DNA from: Octopus sinensis
Lineage: Eukaryota
NCBI RefSeq assembly: GCF_006345805.1
Contig: NC_043001.1
Span: 93,558,001-93,622,000 of the forward strand
Direction: 5' to 3'
DNA: 64,000 nt
Shown: piece by piece, positions 1 through 12,278 of the stretch
How the letters are laid out: every line of letters starts with the position of its first letter
Numbering within the stretch: the stretch's first letter is position 1
Position numbers and translations under genes: made by a program
Notes under the pieces: generated by a model
What the model was told of the DNA's origin: nothing
What the model saw: the letters and a program-made list of their open reading frames with translations, nothing else
Databases searched by the model: none

Positions 1-156
1 ATAGAAATTCATCTTGTATCCGAAAATTATAAGCACGTGCTTCATATGCGTAATTTATGCAAATATAGCTTTTAAAGAATATTGAGTGACACGTGGCATA
101 CACATCTCCCTGCTTCTCCACATATATATACGCGCGCACAGAAACACGGCGCATAT

Positions 157-173
157 GTATGTATATATATGCG

Positions 174-207
<34 letters not shown>

Positions 208-352
208 TATACATACATATATATATTATATACATACATATATATATATATATACATACATATATATATATACATACACATATATATACATACATATATA
301 TATATACATACATATATATATATATATATAATATATATATATACATACATAT

Positions 353-384
<32 letters not shown>

Positions 385-415
385 CATATACACACATATA
401 TATATATATACATAC

Positions 416-446
<31 letters not shown>

Positions 447-527
447 AATATATATGTCTGTGTGTGGGGTGTGGATGGAGAAACAGAGAAGGGAGAGAGA
501 GAGAGAGAGAGAGCGATCGAGAGAGAT
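157..527. repeat. Compound (TA)n/(TACA)n microsatellite followed by (GA)n
   Basis: Directly visible; explains the YI/HT-rich ORFs at 72-843. Confidence 0.97.
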
Positions 528-1089
528 GTATGCCAGTAGATGCACTGCAAAATAGATACTTATATGTGTGGTACGCATGTATATGCAAATATATATCCGT
601 GTATAAGTCATGCAAATGGTTTGCATAGACAATGACTTCTATCATTGAAATAAATACACATTTTCCACTGGAACAAAGTTTTAAATGTAGAAGTGGAAAA
701 CAACCAGTAATTCTGTTACATACATTATAATATTGATACTGTTTTGTTTCGAGAGAAAAAATAAGGTGTTGAAGGTGAAAGAGAGAAAAATAAAAAGTAA
801 GAGAACGATAGAGACAAATGTATAGGTATGTAGATAAATACATATATCAATAGATATAGAGGTAGATAAATAGATACATAGATAAATGTAAAGATATATA
901 GGTATAAAAAGAAAGGTGAAGAAAGTGAGAAAAATATTAACTTGTTATAAAATGAATGACAGTAGATAAAGTGTAAACTGTTGGGTCGTAGTATGTACTG
1001 AAATAGGTATGTTTAGAAATAAGCACGTGTAGACTAAACAATGAAGTTGCATTTATTAAGGCACTTTATTATTCTTCAGTTTTAAGCTG

Positions 1090-2200
1090 ACACCTTTATA
1101 GAAGCGTTAGCGTTTCGGCCAAAAAGCTGAGCTGTATTTCTGTCGGCACTTTATGTTATTAGCAATTATTAGTAAATTCTCTCAAGATGACCTTTGTCTT
1201 TCAACATTTCATGGTCGATACACTAAGTATAAGTTAAGCCATGGGGTCGATGTTCTCGACTAACTTCATACCACTGAAAATTACGGGCCTTGATGTAATA
1301 ATTTTCTAATACCTTTATTATTTTTATCATTAAGGACGGTGAGATGATAGAAACTTTAGGGCGTTGATAGCAATAGTTGATAGCTTTATAGCAATAGTTT
1401 CGGCGCCTTACGGTCACGTTTCAAATCCGGTTGACATTAACGTTACAGAACATCTTTCATGGATAGACAATATAAAGTACCAAAGAATTACTGCTCGGTG
1501 GAATCGGCTACTCCTTTCCATCAAAATTTTAGTCGTATTCCAAGTATTATATTAGAGAAAAGTGTCAGTTACAATAATGGAAAACTTATTTTGTAATAAT
1601 TGTGCGACTGTTTTCTTTCTAGATTCCAAATCATGCCAATGTCAACAGTTGCTTTCATCATTTTGTAATTAAGTATTGCCGTTGAATAATCTCTCATCAA
1701 AATTGTTAACTTGTGTCTGAATTAAAGAAATTACTTATTGTTTAGGTTTTGTGAAATGATACAAAAATTGGATACTTATGAGAAATAAAATCTCAATGAT
1801 AAAATGGATATTGAAGACCGCATAAATTAGCAAATTTCTTTTGAGATTGGTTTAACAACACTGCTTGACCTAGGTTAAGAATTGCGTAGTCAGAGAATCG
1901 TAGGAAATATTTTGACGTATACATTCTTGCTCCTGGCGATCAGAATTCAAATCTTACTGAGGAAAATTTTGCATTATTCAGTGAAAGGTCGATAAATAAA
2001 GTACACTGTGAGGGTGTGGTATAACGATTCTGGGAAGCGTCATTTGTTCCATTCATTCTAGTTCAATTTTCCTGAAGGTCTATTTATGTTTCCGATTTAA
2101 TCTGTCAGCGAATTGAAAATCTCTACCATATTTTGGGGTGTATTTGGCAGAATCTTCCCTACCGAAGTATTCATACTACTTACATGTTTTGAGGATACTG
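1090..2200 (+). mobile_element. Head-to-tail cluster of about 5 highly decayed copies of SINE family C
   Basis: Repeated degenerate versions of the motif series ttcaaatcc..gtcgactttgcctttcatc..ggtcgataaa..aagtac..ggggtcgat seen intact at 13790-13890 (e.g. 1190-1260, 1420-1480, 1620-1675, 1945-2005). Confidence 0.6.
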
Positions 2201-3357
2201 TTCTCTTTTTCTCTTTTACCATTCATGAAAGGTGTTATGAGTATAGCCGTCCCGCATCAACAGGAGATGAAAACAGCGTTGCCATTTTATAGGACATATT
2301 TGTATGTTTTCTGAAAAACACTGCGCAATGAGATACGCTTAAAGTTCCAGTAGTCTTCACTGCAGCAGTCAGTTTTATATAACAATCTGTCTTTCTTGAG
2401 TAATGTCATGTGAGAAACTATTTGTTGTCGACATATGTCAAGTTTACTGAGGCAACGTGACTTACAGAAGATACGAATTCTGTTTTTGGAAGATAGTTAA
2501 CTTCATTACTGGAATAAGCATGAAATTATTTTCGAAGTTAAAGGGTTAACAGAAAGGATATTGCACAATTTCTTCTGTAGCAATTATAAATGACATGATT
2601 TTTTTAGCTTCCATTTTACTGTAAGTTAACGGTAATATCACTAAAATTATTTATATTTGACAGCTCATTTCTATACTGTAGTAATGACATCTGGTATGTC
2701 GTTTATTAATAAACTCTTCTCGCCTCTTATCTTGAAAATGACGTTCGGTTTATTATTTTCCACCAAGTTATAACTCCTTCTCCCTATGTATGTATTTCTG
2801 TATACCGACAATATTATTTTCAGAATAAGAATCTACAAAATAAAGGGACGAGAGAATAGAGAATGGTAACTTAATTTTGTGAGGAGACAGTATCTTCTCT
2901 ATATCATGCAATAAGAGTGTGTGGATGTATGTGTCTCTGAGGGGTTCTATCCCATTTACCTACCTAATAGATATATTATGTTATCAGCTAGAACCCTTTC
3001 AAAATATGCTCATACATTACCCCCCCATAGTTTCTCCAAGTTCTCTAAGTTATGTTTTACAAAGAATAATTCGCATCAATCCCTAAGGGCTAATATGCAA
3101 AATATTGAACACTCAAATACCAAAATGTAATAAATTGCAAATGCTATGAGATATATGCTCATAAAATAAGCATTAACTTTACCACATGCACTCAGCATTT
3201 CAGTAACTGATCTAAAGTGATTTGGTGGACCATAAAAATATATTTACTTTCTTAATGTGATTTGGAGACTATGGTATGGTAGTTCAACCAAAATTATTAG
3301 AACTATAATTATATAATTGAAAACAAAAAAAGTATATTCGAATAAAAAATGAGAAAG

Positions 3358-3900
3358 GCAGAGCTTAGCATGAAATGGATTTCCTACTAGAAGACTTTTG
3401 ACTGTTCCTCGCACATAAATCCTAGAAACATGACCCATAGCTGCATGAATAATAAAGATGCATTAAACTGGTCATTGCTAAAAGTTAAACAATCTTGCGG
3501 ATACACAAAGAGCAATAATGCGAGGCGACGTCCTCTTGCCACTCCCTTTCTTTGTATGTCTAACTTTAACTGACAGGTTAAATGAGACTGTACTAGGATA
3601 CAAATGCTAAGGGGGAAGCAATAAACTGTAATTTTATATGGACGCGATCGAATTTTATGCTGCAGGTGGTAAATAACTAGAAACACTGTTTCAGGCATGA
3701 CACTTTTATTAAAAGAAATTGATATAGCGCATTTCCCAAATGTAAAGAGAGCAAAATGATGGACGAAGGACTCTGATATGAAAGTAGATAACTTACTGCC
3801 AGATATAACAGAATTTTGGAGAAACTGATTTACACGTACTTAGAGACCGATGTATTAAGCAAACTATAAAACACACAGATGAGAAAGATTAAAAAGAGAG
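3358..3900 (+). pseudogene. Decayed reverse transcriptase of an R4/Dong-like (RLE) non-LTR retrotransposon
   Basis: Manual translation with stops and frameshifts: ELSMKWISY*KTFD/VPRT*ILET (cf. NLSMAWIDYKKAFDSVPHSWI), GDVLLPLPFFVCL..LNETVLGYKC..FYMDAIEFYA (cf. GDSLSPLLF..LYMDDLKLYA), YTYLE (cf. YKYLG). Weaker similarity may extend over about 2940-4300. Confidence 0.8.
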
Positions 3901-4989
3901 TCAAAGACAAAATAACATAACACATATCTATACTCTAAATTTTTACAATAAGGTATTGGTATAATATCCTTGACGGAAAGGGATATCAATTAGCAAGGCT
4001 AGACATAAAAATAAATATAATTACACGTTTAGCATAAATGATTAAAATGTAAATAAAACTATTGTTGTTTTACTATACTGACTTTCCTCAGTATTATAAC
4101 AAAGGCATGCAAGTGAGTTTGACGATGAAAAAAAAAGCAAAGAAAAATAATGAGAAATTCACGATACAAGAACTCAAGTTGCAAGTCAACAGATGCTTTG
4201 GAATAGCACGGACGGGAAAATACAAGACACGAATAATTCTACATTTTTTATGTATTTCTCTATAGCTGAGGGTGAAGTCGAATGCATGAAAGTAATGTGA
4301 ATGAAGCTAGATATATAATAAAACAAAAACCCGTAAAATTTCTTTGAAAGTACACATTGCCTACGGTATTGTATTTAAGTAAAGTGTTACACACTTTCAA
4401 TAAATATAGATTGTAAGCATAAGAGAACCACTGAAAGTAACATTTGCTACACAGCACTTTTCCATCCAACGACAGCACATTCTAAGACGAGAAAGTATCG
4501 GAGGACTAGCTACAAAGAACAGCAGTGAAGGCCGTTATTAATGCGGCTCATTACCTCTAAAACTCGCAAGAAGGCGTGTACCATCGTTAATTATGATGTT
4601 GAGAAAAGCCAGAAATAGATCACAGTCGGAAAAGCGGAGTTCTAATAACAAGGATTAAGTTTAGAAATATTAAAGTATGTTTTGTATTTATATTTAGAAC
4701 AACTAAACGAAACAGCAAAATTATCGTCTATATGATACAACTCATTTAGATATGTCATTATTTATTGAATTCTCTATACGATAGAAAAAGCTGACGTTGA
4801 GCTATAATATATATATATAACATAAGTAAGGTTGCAGAAGCAGCAATATTTGTTAAACAGCAACAGGATATTATTATTAGTCTCCCGAGAAGGACTATAA
4901 TATAAAGTTACTGTAATATCAGCGATAAATGTTACCTGAGTGACATACTTTACAAAGCAATAAACCATATGGACCTCCGATGTTCAGTA

Positions 4990-5175
4990 TTGGTTTCAAA
5001 TTTTGGCAAAATCCTGCAAATTTAGGGAGGGAAAAATTCGATTACATCGTCCCCAGAGTTCAACTAATATTTATTTTATCGACCCTGAAAGACTTAAAGG
5101 CAAAGTAGACCTCATGGAATTTGAACACGGAATGCTAAGCATTTTATACTAATGGACCTGCCAGCTCGCCACCTT
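4990..5175 (-). mobile_element. SINE family C copy
   Basis: Reverse complement of the 16621-16820 element (ttttatcgaccctgaaagacttaaaggcaaagtagacctc; ctgccagctcgccacc at its 5' end). Confidence 0.8.
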
Positions 5176-5511
5176 CAATCAGAGGTTGAATATTAACATT
5201 TTTTTAAGAATAAATCCATAGACATTAATAAAAGCGAAATTCTGTTTCTCTGCCTGGGACCCCTGCATCTCCGTCTACATTCGCTCTACATAGACATATT
5301 ACCTGTTTGGAATCAAGATGATTCCGGCATTGAAAATATGTCCCTCATTTGGTTCTCGGTAATCCAGCATTAGGATCCGATTTAAAATCATTTGGGTTAC
5401 TCTTTCTATCAGGTAAAGTAACCGTGTGATGTTTCAATGCCATAGTATTGATAAGGTTGATGAACAAAAGTTATCTCCCTTAGCTTAATGTTTTACTAAG
5501 GAAGTTAGCGG

Positions 5512-5625
5512 TTCTTTTGCCTTTTTCGGTCATCAGACTGTGGCCATGCTAGGGCACCGCCTCGAAGAATTCCAATCGAACAAATGGACACTAGTTCTTA
5601 CTGTACTCCACCTGGTACTTTTTTA
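5512..5625 (-). mobile_element. 3' fragment of SINE family A
   Basis: gactgtggccatgctagggcaccgcctcgaag..cgaacaaatggacactagt matches the family A 3' segment at 47956-48060. Confidence 0.65.
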
Positions 5626-6389
5626 TGTGTTTATTCCAAAGAATTCCACTGATGCCGGCAGACATACTCTATAAATTCAAGAGACTTCAATTTCCAGTAA
5701 GAGTTAGTTTTGAACCAAGGACAATAATTGAAAATTGTTTGACTTCACTTCATGCAAAAGTACTTTTCTCATGGTCAGCTCTATGTTGGTTGTTCTAGAA
5801 TTGGAAATGCTAACAATATCTTCATACTCACACCAAACGGTGAAACCAAGAATATTGTTTATGCTGCTACATTACAGTTATATCCAAATTTCCCCTCCAA
5901 ATGTGATACTCTGTGATATAACTTTGAGATGGTAGTATAACAATAAATGTTTTACAATTATTTCCGTCTTAGTTTTGTGCCGCAGTCCCGTTTAGCACTC
6001 TGCAGGAATTAGAAAATATCCGCCGCACTGAGTGCGGCTTTTAAGCACGTAACAAATAAAAATCAAATCGTGCAAACCCTGTTGCATATAAACTAGGCCA
6101 TGCAAAAATGTTTTGCAGTGCTCATACGAATTTTAGAAGCTCTACAAACCTAAACTTTCCAAATGAGACTTTTTCATATATTGATAACGTGTAAAGTGAA
6201 TTCAAGAAGAATGATTCTTAGTCTGTAGTTAAAGGTGAATAGATTGTACGTTTACATGCATAAGTTGTAAGCACATTTAAAGTAATAAACAGAGGCCATG
6301 AGACAATGTTATTTGTAATTAACACTATAATCAACTGCATCAACGTTGCTATCATTGCGTATGCAAGCAACTCGACATGCTAAAAATGT

Positions 6390-6745
6390 TGAAACTCGAC
6401 ATGCTAAAAATAGTAGCTGAAAATTAATCGAATTACACTCTATACTCCTGAAAAAGCAATTTTATCTTGGGTAAGTTTTGCCTGAAGGAAACGGCGGGAG
6501 GACAGTGATTAGAATGTATTGATGATAGGTTAATTGATTAGGCTTAATCAAAAAGAACAAGAGTAAAACCTAGGTGACATGAGATTTTATGCAAAAAATA
6601 TATCATAAACCTCTCTAAAATCATATCCTATCGTCTTAGACACAATCCGTTTGTATAAAAAAATGTGTGGCCATGAGAGAAATGCTTTTGATCAAAGATC
6701 TGCTTGATGAGAACTGACATGGGAGCTAAACAATAACAATAGCAA
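6390..6745 (+). repeat. Two decayed copies of an interspersed repeat (family D) ending in ggggctaaacaacaaca-like tails
   Basis: Internal similarity between 6400-6560 and 6590-6745, and to 42920-43135 (tttgatc..gtctgc..gactg.cctgggg.taa). Confidence 0.5.
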
Positions 6746-7454
6746 CAAAAGTCAAAATAACAACAACTCTAATAACCTAAAACAGAATGTTATCAATTGT
6801 AGTTCTATTTAAAATGTTGCAGAAAGTCATTATTGACAGCCTCAAGATCAATGACTATAAAATCAACAATACAAAATAAAAAAATAAAAACTATCGTCAG
6901 TAGAAACAACAACAGTAACAAAAACAAATATTTCATTACATACACCACACCAACAACACGAATCAAAAAGATAACAGTAACTAGATTGATCAAGTTTTAA
7001 TAACAACCACAACAATAAATCGCTGCCAAACACTCAATTTATTTATCCCATGACAGCAATAAAAGTTAAAATTTAATGACGTAATGATCACAGGAGACCA
7101 GAGTGATCTCATTTAGAAGAGAAAAATCATTTATTTATTTATTTCCTAGTGTTGTTATTTCTACTGTATTTCTAAAAAAAAGTTAAATGATGGATATGAA
7201 ATGATTATTACACTTATGGGAATCTGTAATAACTCTGCATCAGAAACTAAAGAACAAGCTTTTTATTATTTGTGTGATATAGCATTACAGTTAAAGAGGA
7301 TAGAAATCGTGATTACAATGCAAAGCAAACAATATATGATATTTCAGAATTCCATAACCAACGACAACATTTCGATGCGAAATTTGTCTTATATTCTTTA
7401 AGGTTATTTTATGATTTTACATACAGTATTTATGTTTATGTATAGAAAGGTGAA

Positions 7455-7700
7455 GTTACCTTCTCGAATCATGTCGTCTCATAAGCGTCGGTTTCTCGGT
7501 TTCATGGCGTATTAATTGCCCACCTGGACAGGATGCCATTCCGTCGCAGAATTACGTATATTTGCCTGCTGAGTGCTATGGAGCTAGATAAAATGAGGTG
7601 TTTTGAGCAAGAAAACAACACGTCTCTCAGTTCAGGAATCGAAACCACAAACTTGCGATCATGAGTCCAACAGCCTAACCATTAAGCCACGCTGCCCCAC
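7455..7700 (-). mobile_element. tRNA-derived SINE family B variant (CORE-like middle)
   Basis: Reverse-complement tRNA head (ggaatcgaaaccacaaacttgcgatcatgagtccaacagcctaaccattaagccacg); tail shared with 8787-8880 (ggtttctcggtttcatggcg..cccacctggac). Confidence 0.8.
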
Positions 7701-7914
7701 ACATGTTTATATATAGAGACTCAGTCAATCAAGTCTCGCTATGGATCTACGCATGTAAGTGAAGGTTCAGATAGCATTGTTAGAAGAAGAATAACAATCG
7801 CTCATTCATGGAAATCACCCTTCTTCAAGCCAAAGACTTTTTATGAGAAAGACAGGTGACCTGTGCCTATACAGGGGTTGGCACCTGTAATGTTCTGCTC
7901 TCAAAATGCACAAA

Positions 7915-8090
7915 CCGGGACAAATCACTTTTCCCGGCCCGCTTATAATGTTGTGGGATGGTTCTTTACTTTATTGATCCCAAGGGACGAAGGGAAATTT
8001 GACATCAGGGCATTTGAAATGAGACTTGAGAGGGGCGGATCTCATACCTAAAAGTATGTCCACAACGCTCTGAATACCCTGCAGACTCAC
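7915..8090 (-). mobile_element. Decayed SINE family C copy
   Basis: ggttctttactttattgatcccaagggacgaagggaaatttgacatcagggcatttgaa is a degenerate reverse complement of the family C core. Confidence 0.55.
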
Positions 8091-8325
8091 TACTTCTAAT
8101 GTATACATTAAAATAAGATGCACGTGTATTGTTAACATTTACACTTTGCATTGGAAATGATTGCCTTTATTAGTACATAAATATACATAGAACTTTATTC
8201 AGCGAAATAATTTTAATTATAGAATGTTTCTGATATTTACTGCAATAGCTTTAGTTATCGTCAACCACTTGACAAATAGGATACCTGTAATTCAGGCTAA
8301 TATTTCCTTATGTATGTACGTATGT

Positions 8326-8574
8326 GTTATGGCGAGAATCATGACATTCCCTATGAGAATGGACTGGCCGAACTCTTATAAGTAGCAGCGTGTTTGAGAG
8401 CGAGAGAAATTGCAGGAGGTTGAGAGGTGGCGTTCGTGAGTACGTGGAGACGCAGGAAATTGGCTCGTTCAGTGTTATTTTCGATTAGTTACAGTTGGTG
8501 ACACAGTATTTGGGAATACATCATGTGGAAGACTGTATTAGTATACGACAGTAAAGTGACATATACAGAAACCA
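8326..8574 (+). mobile_element. Possible solo-LTR-like insertion within (TATG)n
   Basis: GC-richer 250 bp segment starting TG, with a TATA-like cttataagta followed by a GA-rich tract, flanked on both sides by tatg repeats. No PBS, PPT or TSD confirmed. Confidence 0.3.
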
Positions 8575-8596
8575 CGTATGTATGTATGTATGTATG

Positions 8597-8630
<34 letters not shown>

Positions 8631-8730
8631 TGTATGTATGTATGTATGTATGTGTGTATGTCTGTATGTATGCATGTATGTATGGATGTATGTATGTATG
8701 CATGCATGTATGTATGCATGTATGTATCAG
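8575..8730. repeat. (TATG)n microsatellite
   Basis: Directly visible. Confidence 0.97.
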
Positions 8731-8786
8731 GTAGCTAAAAATATATATCTTCATATATATATATATACACACATACACACAGTTTG

Positions 8787-9074
8787 TTCCTTCTCGAACC
8801 ATGCCTGTCTCACAGGACCGGTTTCCCGGTTTCTTTGGCGTATAGGTTCCCCACCTGGACGAGATGCCGGTTCATCGCAGGTGAGCTGCAACATCCAGAA
8901 GGAATGAGTGAGAGAAAGTTGTGGCGAAAGAGTCGGCAGAAGTTCGCCATTACCTTCTGCCGTAGCCGCGTGGCGTTTTGCTCATAAACACACACACATC
9001 ACCCGGTCTGAGATTCGAACTCGGGATCCCTGGACCGCGAGTCCTCTGCTCTAACCACTAGGCCAAATGCCTCC
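8787..9074 (-). mobile_element. tRNA-derived SINE family B (Octopus OR-like)
   Basis: Minus-strand head ggaggcatttggcctagtggttagagcagaggactcgcggtccagggatcccgagttcgaatctcagaccggg with Pol III A box (TGGCCTAGTGG) and B box (GTTCGAATC). Confidence 0.9.
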
Positions 9075-9639
9075 ACACACAAACACGCACACACACACAC
9101 ATACACACACATATACATTTATATATATATTTATAAATATACATATATATACTCATATACACACACAAACACACACATATATGTATATATTGCATATTGT
9201 TCTGATATTAATAAGATGTTTAAAAGTATAAAAACAAAAGCACTCTGTCAAGTGAGGGATAAATATCATTTAATAAAGATAGGATTCAGATTTAAGCTAC
9301 TATAAATTTCATGCTCTGATAAAACTGTAGTTCGATGAGCTCGTATAGCGTGCCGTATCCTATGCTGTAATCATCGAGGCTCAAAATATAACATGGCTGC
9401 TCTCTTAAAAAGACGGAGAAAAAAGTAGAAAAATGTACTTGAAATAAAGGAAGCGAAAAAGGAAATTATGGAAAACAAATAAATATTAGAGTAAAATATA
9501 TGCAAAATGGCAAGCATAAAGCCTAGGTTTAAATATGTTATAATATCATAATTAATATAAATTCAAATTCTCTGTAGTGATTATCATTTCTTAATATGCA
9601 GCAGGTTGCGCGTTCGAAGCTCGCTCAAACCTAATTTCA

Positions 9640-10046
9640 GGCGCAGACACAGCTGTGTGGTTAAGATGCCCGCTTTGTAACCACGTGATTTCCCGTTCAG
9701 TTCCGTTACGCAGCGTCATGATAAAATTTCTATAATCGCTTGGGACGACCAATGTATTGTGAATGAATTTGGTAGACGAAAGCTGTGTGGAAGCTCGTCA
9801 TATGTATGTGTCTTTATGTGTATGTGAGAGTGTGTGTGTTTGTGACTGTTTGTACCTGACCCGTCTACCGCTTGATAACTGGTGTTGGTTTGTTTGCGTT
9901 TCAGTGAACGGGTTCGGTAAAAGAAACTAATGAAACAAGCACCAGACGTAAAAAGACCAAGCACTGGAATCTACTTGTTCGAGTAAACGATTCAAGGTGA
10001 TGTCCCAGCATGGCAACAGTCCAATGACCCGAAACAAGTAAAAGAA
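9640..10046 (+). mobile_element. tRNA-derived SINE family A with internal (TG)n
   Basis: ggcgcag..gctgtgtggttaag head, gaatttggtagacgaaagctg middle, ccagcatggcaacagtccaatgacccgaaacaagtaaaaga tail; matches 32899-33212 and 47956-48471. Confidence 0.85.
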
Positions 10047-10649
10047 TTAAATATAAATGAGATTTTAGACCGCTAGAGCTAAGATCTTGTTCGGTGCGAA
10101 AAGTTTTACTTGAAATATTTCAAACAAGCTGCCCTACAGGTGCAACTTTAAACGATAATAAATGACATTTCATTTCTGAATACGGTCTTTGAACGATTAT
10201 TTCCAAATATCAAACACTAAACAATGAATTCTGCCGACAAAGACCATGACTAGCGACCTCAGCCGCTGCTTTTTACTGGTTCTATATACACAGAAACATA
10301 ATAATGCTACTGATGTTATATAACAATTCATGCCGAAATTCGCCGTTGTTCAAAAAAATTGGAGATTCAATAATGATTCCACTGTTTATTGAATTATCTG
10401 AAAATAATGGTCTGCAGAAAGTTATACGAGCAGTACTTTTGTCTCGAAAAGTTAGAACATCGTTTTTTCAAGATGCACATCACGATTTTTAACCGGAATG
10501 AAACAATTGAAACGATAAAAAAAAGCAACCAAAAGCGTAGTTATAATAATTATAACAATTAGGATATATTGGCCACAGTATCAACTTTTGCTTCGTTGAT
10601 TCGTTATTATTATTATCAATGATCTCATTTTTTAACCCTATTTATGAAA

Positions 10650-10650
<1 letters not shown>

Positions 10651-10699
<49 letters not shown>

Positions 10700-10865
10700 A
10701 CCACCACCACCACCATCACCTCCATAACCGGCGCTGCTACTACTACTACCAGCTCAACCACCACCACCGCCGCCCCCACTACTACCTCTGTTACTACTAC
10801 TACTACTACAAATACTACTACTGCTACTACCACCACTACCACCAACACATCCGCCGCTACTACTG

Positions 10866-10905
<40 letters not shown>
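10651..10905. repeat. (CTA)n/(CAC)n trinucleotide repeat
   Basis: Directly visible; source of poly-Y/poly-T ORFs. Confidence 0.95.
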
Positions 10906-10906
<1 letters not shown>

Positions 10907-11254
10907 GTGATCTTTTTCAATCATCACTACTTATAGAAGATAACTGGACTGCAATGGAATGAGAATCGTCCCATATTTTGATCTGGCTATTTGTAGAACC
11001 TTCTCATAATTTTGTGCGTGGTTGTCCTTATTTGCAATCGTCTTGTTCTTCAAATTTATTGCCGCTCATAAAACATGCACTAAGGTTCTCGCCACGCTCC
11101 TATTTATGATATACATACATGTATAAACATACACATGCACGCATACACGCAGGCACACACACACAGAAATACATACATTTTGGAACTCTCTTTTGATTAA
11201 ACGCGTTTTCAAGGTTGTTTGTGTGGACTCTTTTGTACAATAAGGAATTCTGGT

Positions 11255-11348
11255 TTAGATGATGAATGATGATAAAGATGAGATTGATGTAACAATAATG
11301 ATGATGAGAATGATGATGGTGATGCGATGACGATGATGAGGGTGAGGA

Positions 11349-11393
<45 letters not shown>

Positions 11394-11395
11394 CT
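11255..11395. repeat. (GAT)n repeat
   Basis: Directly visible. Confidence 0.93.
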
Positions 11396-12013
11396 AAATG
11401 AGTGTCATCATTACTAGCATAATTAGTTTTGTTCATAATGTCTCGGTCTTTCTTTCATTGCAAAAAGAAAAAGAAAAACAACAAAACCCCCACAAATACA
11501 TAATACCGCCATTAGTTCTTTTATTTCATGCTAACAACAGACTTATTTCAAACATTAGCGGTGTTTTCTTCATTTCGTTCCCAAAATAGTTCGAGTACAA
11601 TATTGGAATTCATTTTAAGAAAGGCATGCGATTAAAGCGTTCAGAATGATTTCTTCGTCAGCCCAATAAGCAGGAAATTACCAGAACAGAGTTATCTATA
11701 GAATATGATGGACCAATTCGAAGAAGTCCAAGATAAAAATGAGCATCGAACGATACTAATTACATTCTGATTAGCATTCACAGAACTAGCAAATCGTGTT
11801 TTTTTCATTACATTTCAACATGATTAGCATTTACGAACCAGCTATATACCGTTCTCTCTCAATCAATGCGTATATGCAAAATTGTATGCAGAAGACAGCC
11901 GTAATCAATATTTAATTATCGCACATAACTGATGTATAAATAGAGTCAATTGCTTGATTAATTTTCTAATCGATAATAGTTCATCCATCAATGAGTGACC
12001 AACCCTTTTATTA

Positions 12014-12278
12014 TCAGGATTGCACCTTATACATCTTGGAAGATTTGATTTTAGTCACCACAGAATAGTCTAGACTGCTGCTAGCCACGTTCAAACTAGT
12101 TGCTAAATCTTCCTTAGACAGCACCTTGATGTTTTCAATAATGCTGGATGCATTGTATCGTAAAATCCATCTTATTGCGAAAAAGACGACACGGTCATGG
12201 CTGGATTGTACATAATCATAATTCCTCTCCATCAGAACTCTGACTTCGGAGTAGAGAAAAACATGAGTCACATGTTTT
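12014..12278 (-). CDS. Candidate terminal coding exon, weakly BACK-domain-like
   Basis: Minus-strand acceptor ctgattaattctccatttcag|A; 87 open non-repetitive codons (KHVTHVFLYSEVRVLMERNYDYVQSSHDRVVFFAIRWILRYN...KVQS*); AATAAA immediately after the stop (12007-12012). Domain resemblance by eye only; upstream exons not identified. Confidence 0.4.

Noticed and set aside
72-843. Long ORFs rich in YI/HT/CV, here and throughout the window
   Set aside because: They are translations of dinucleotide and tetranucleotide microsatellites, not genes.
6021-6038. GC hairpin gccgcactgagtgcggc followed by tttt
   Set aside because: It resembles a bacterial terminator, but the context is eukaryotic; likely a transposon remnant or chance.
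9000-9074. tRNA gene-like sequences (also 23030-23106, 39310-39389, 59355-59434)
   Set aside because: They are tRNA-derived SINE heads continuing into SINE bodies, without a proper acceptor stem.
10619-10936. Thr-rich mucin-like ORF
   Set aside because: It is a (CTA)/(CAC) microsatellite continuous with a poly-Tyr frame; no splice or signal context.
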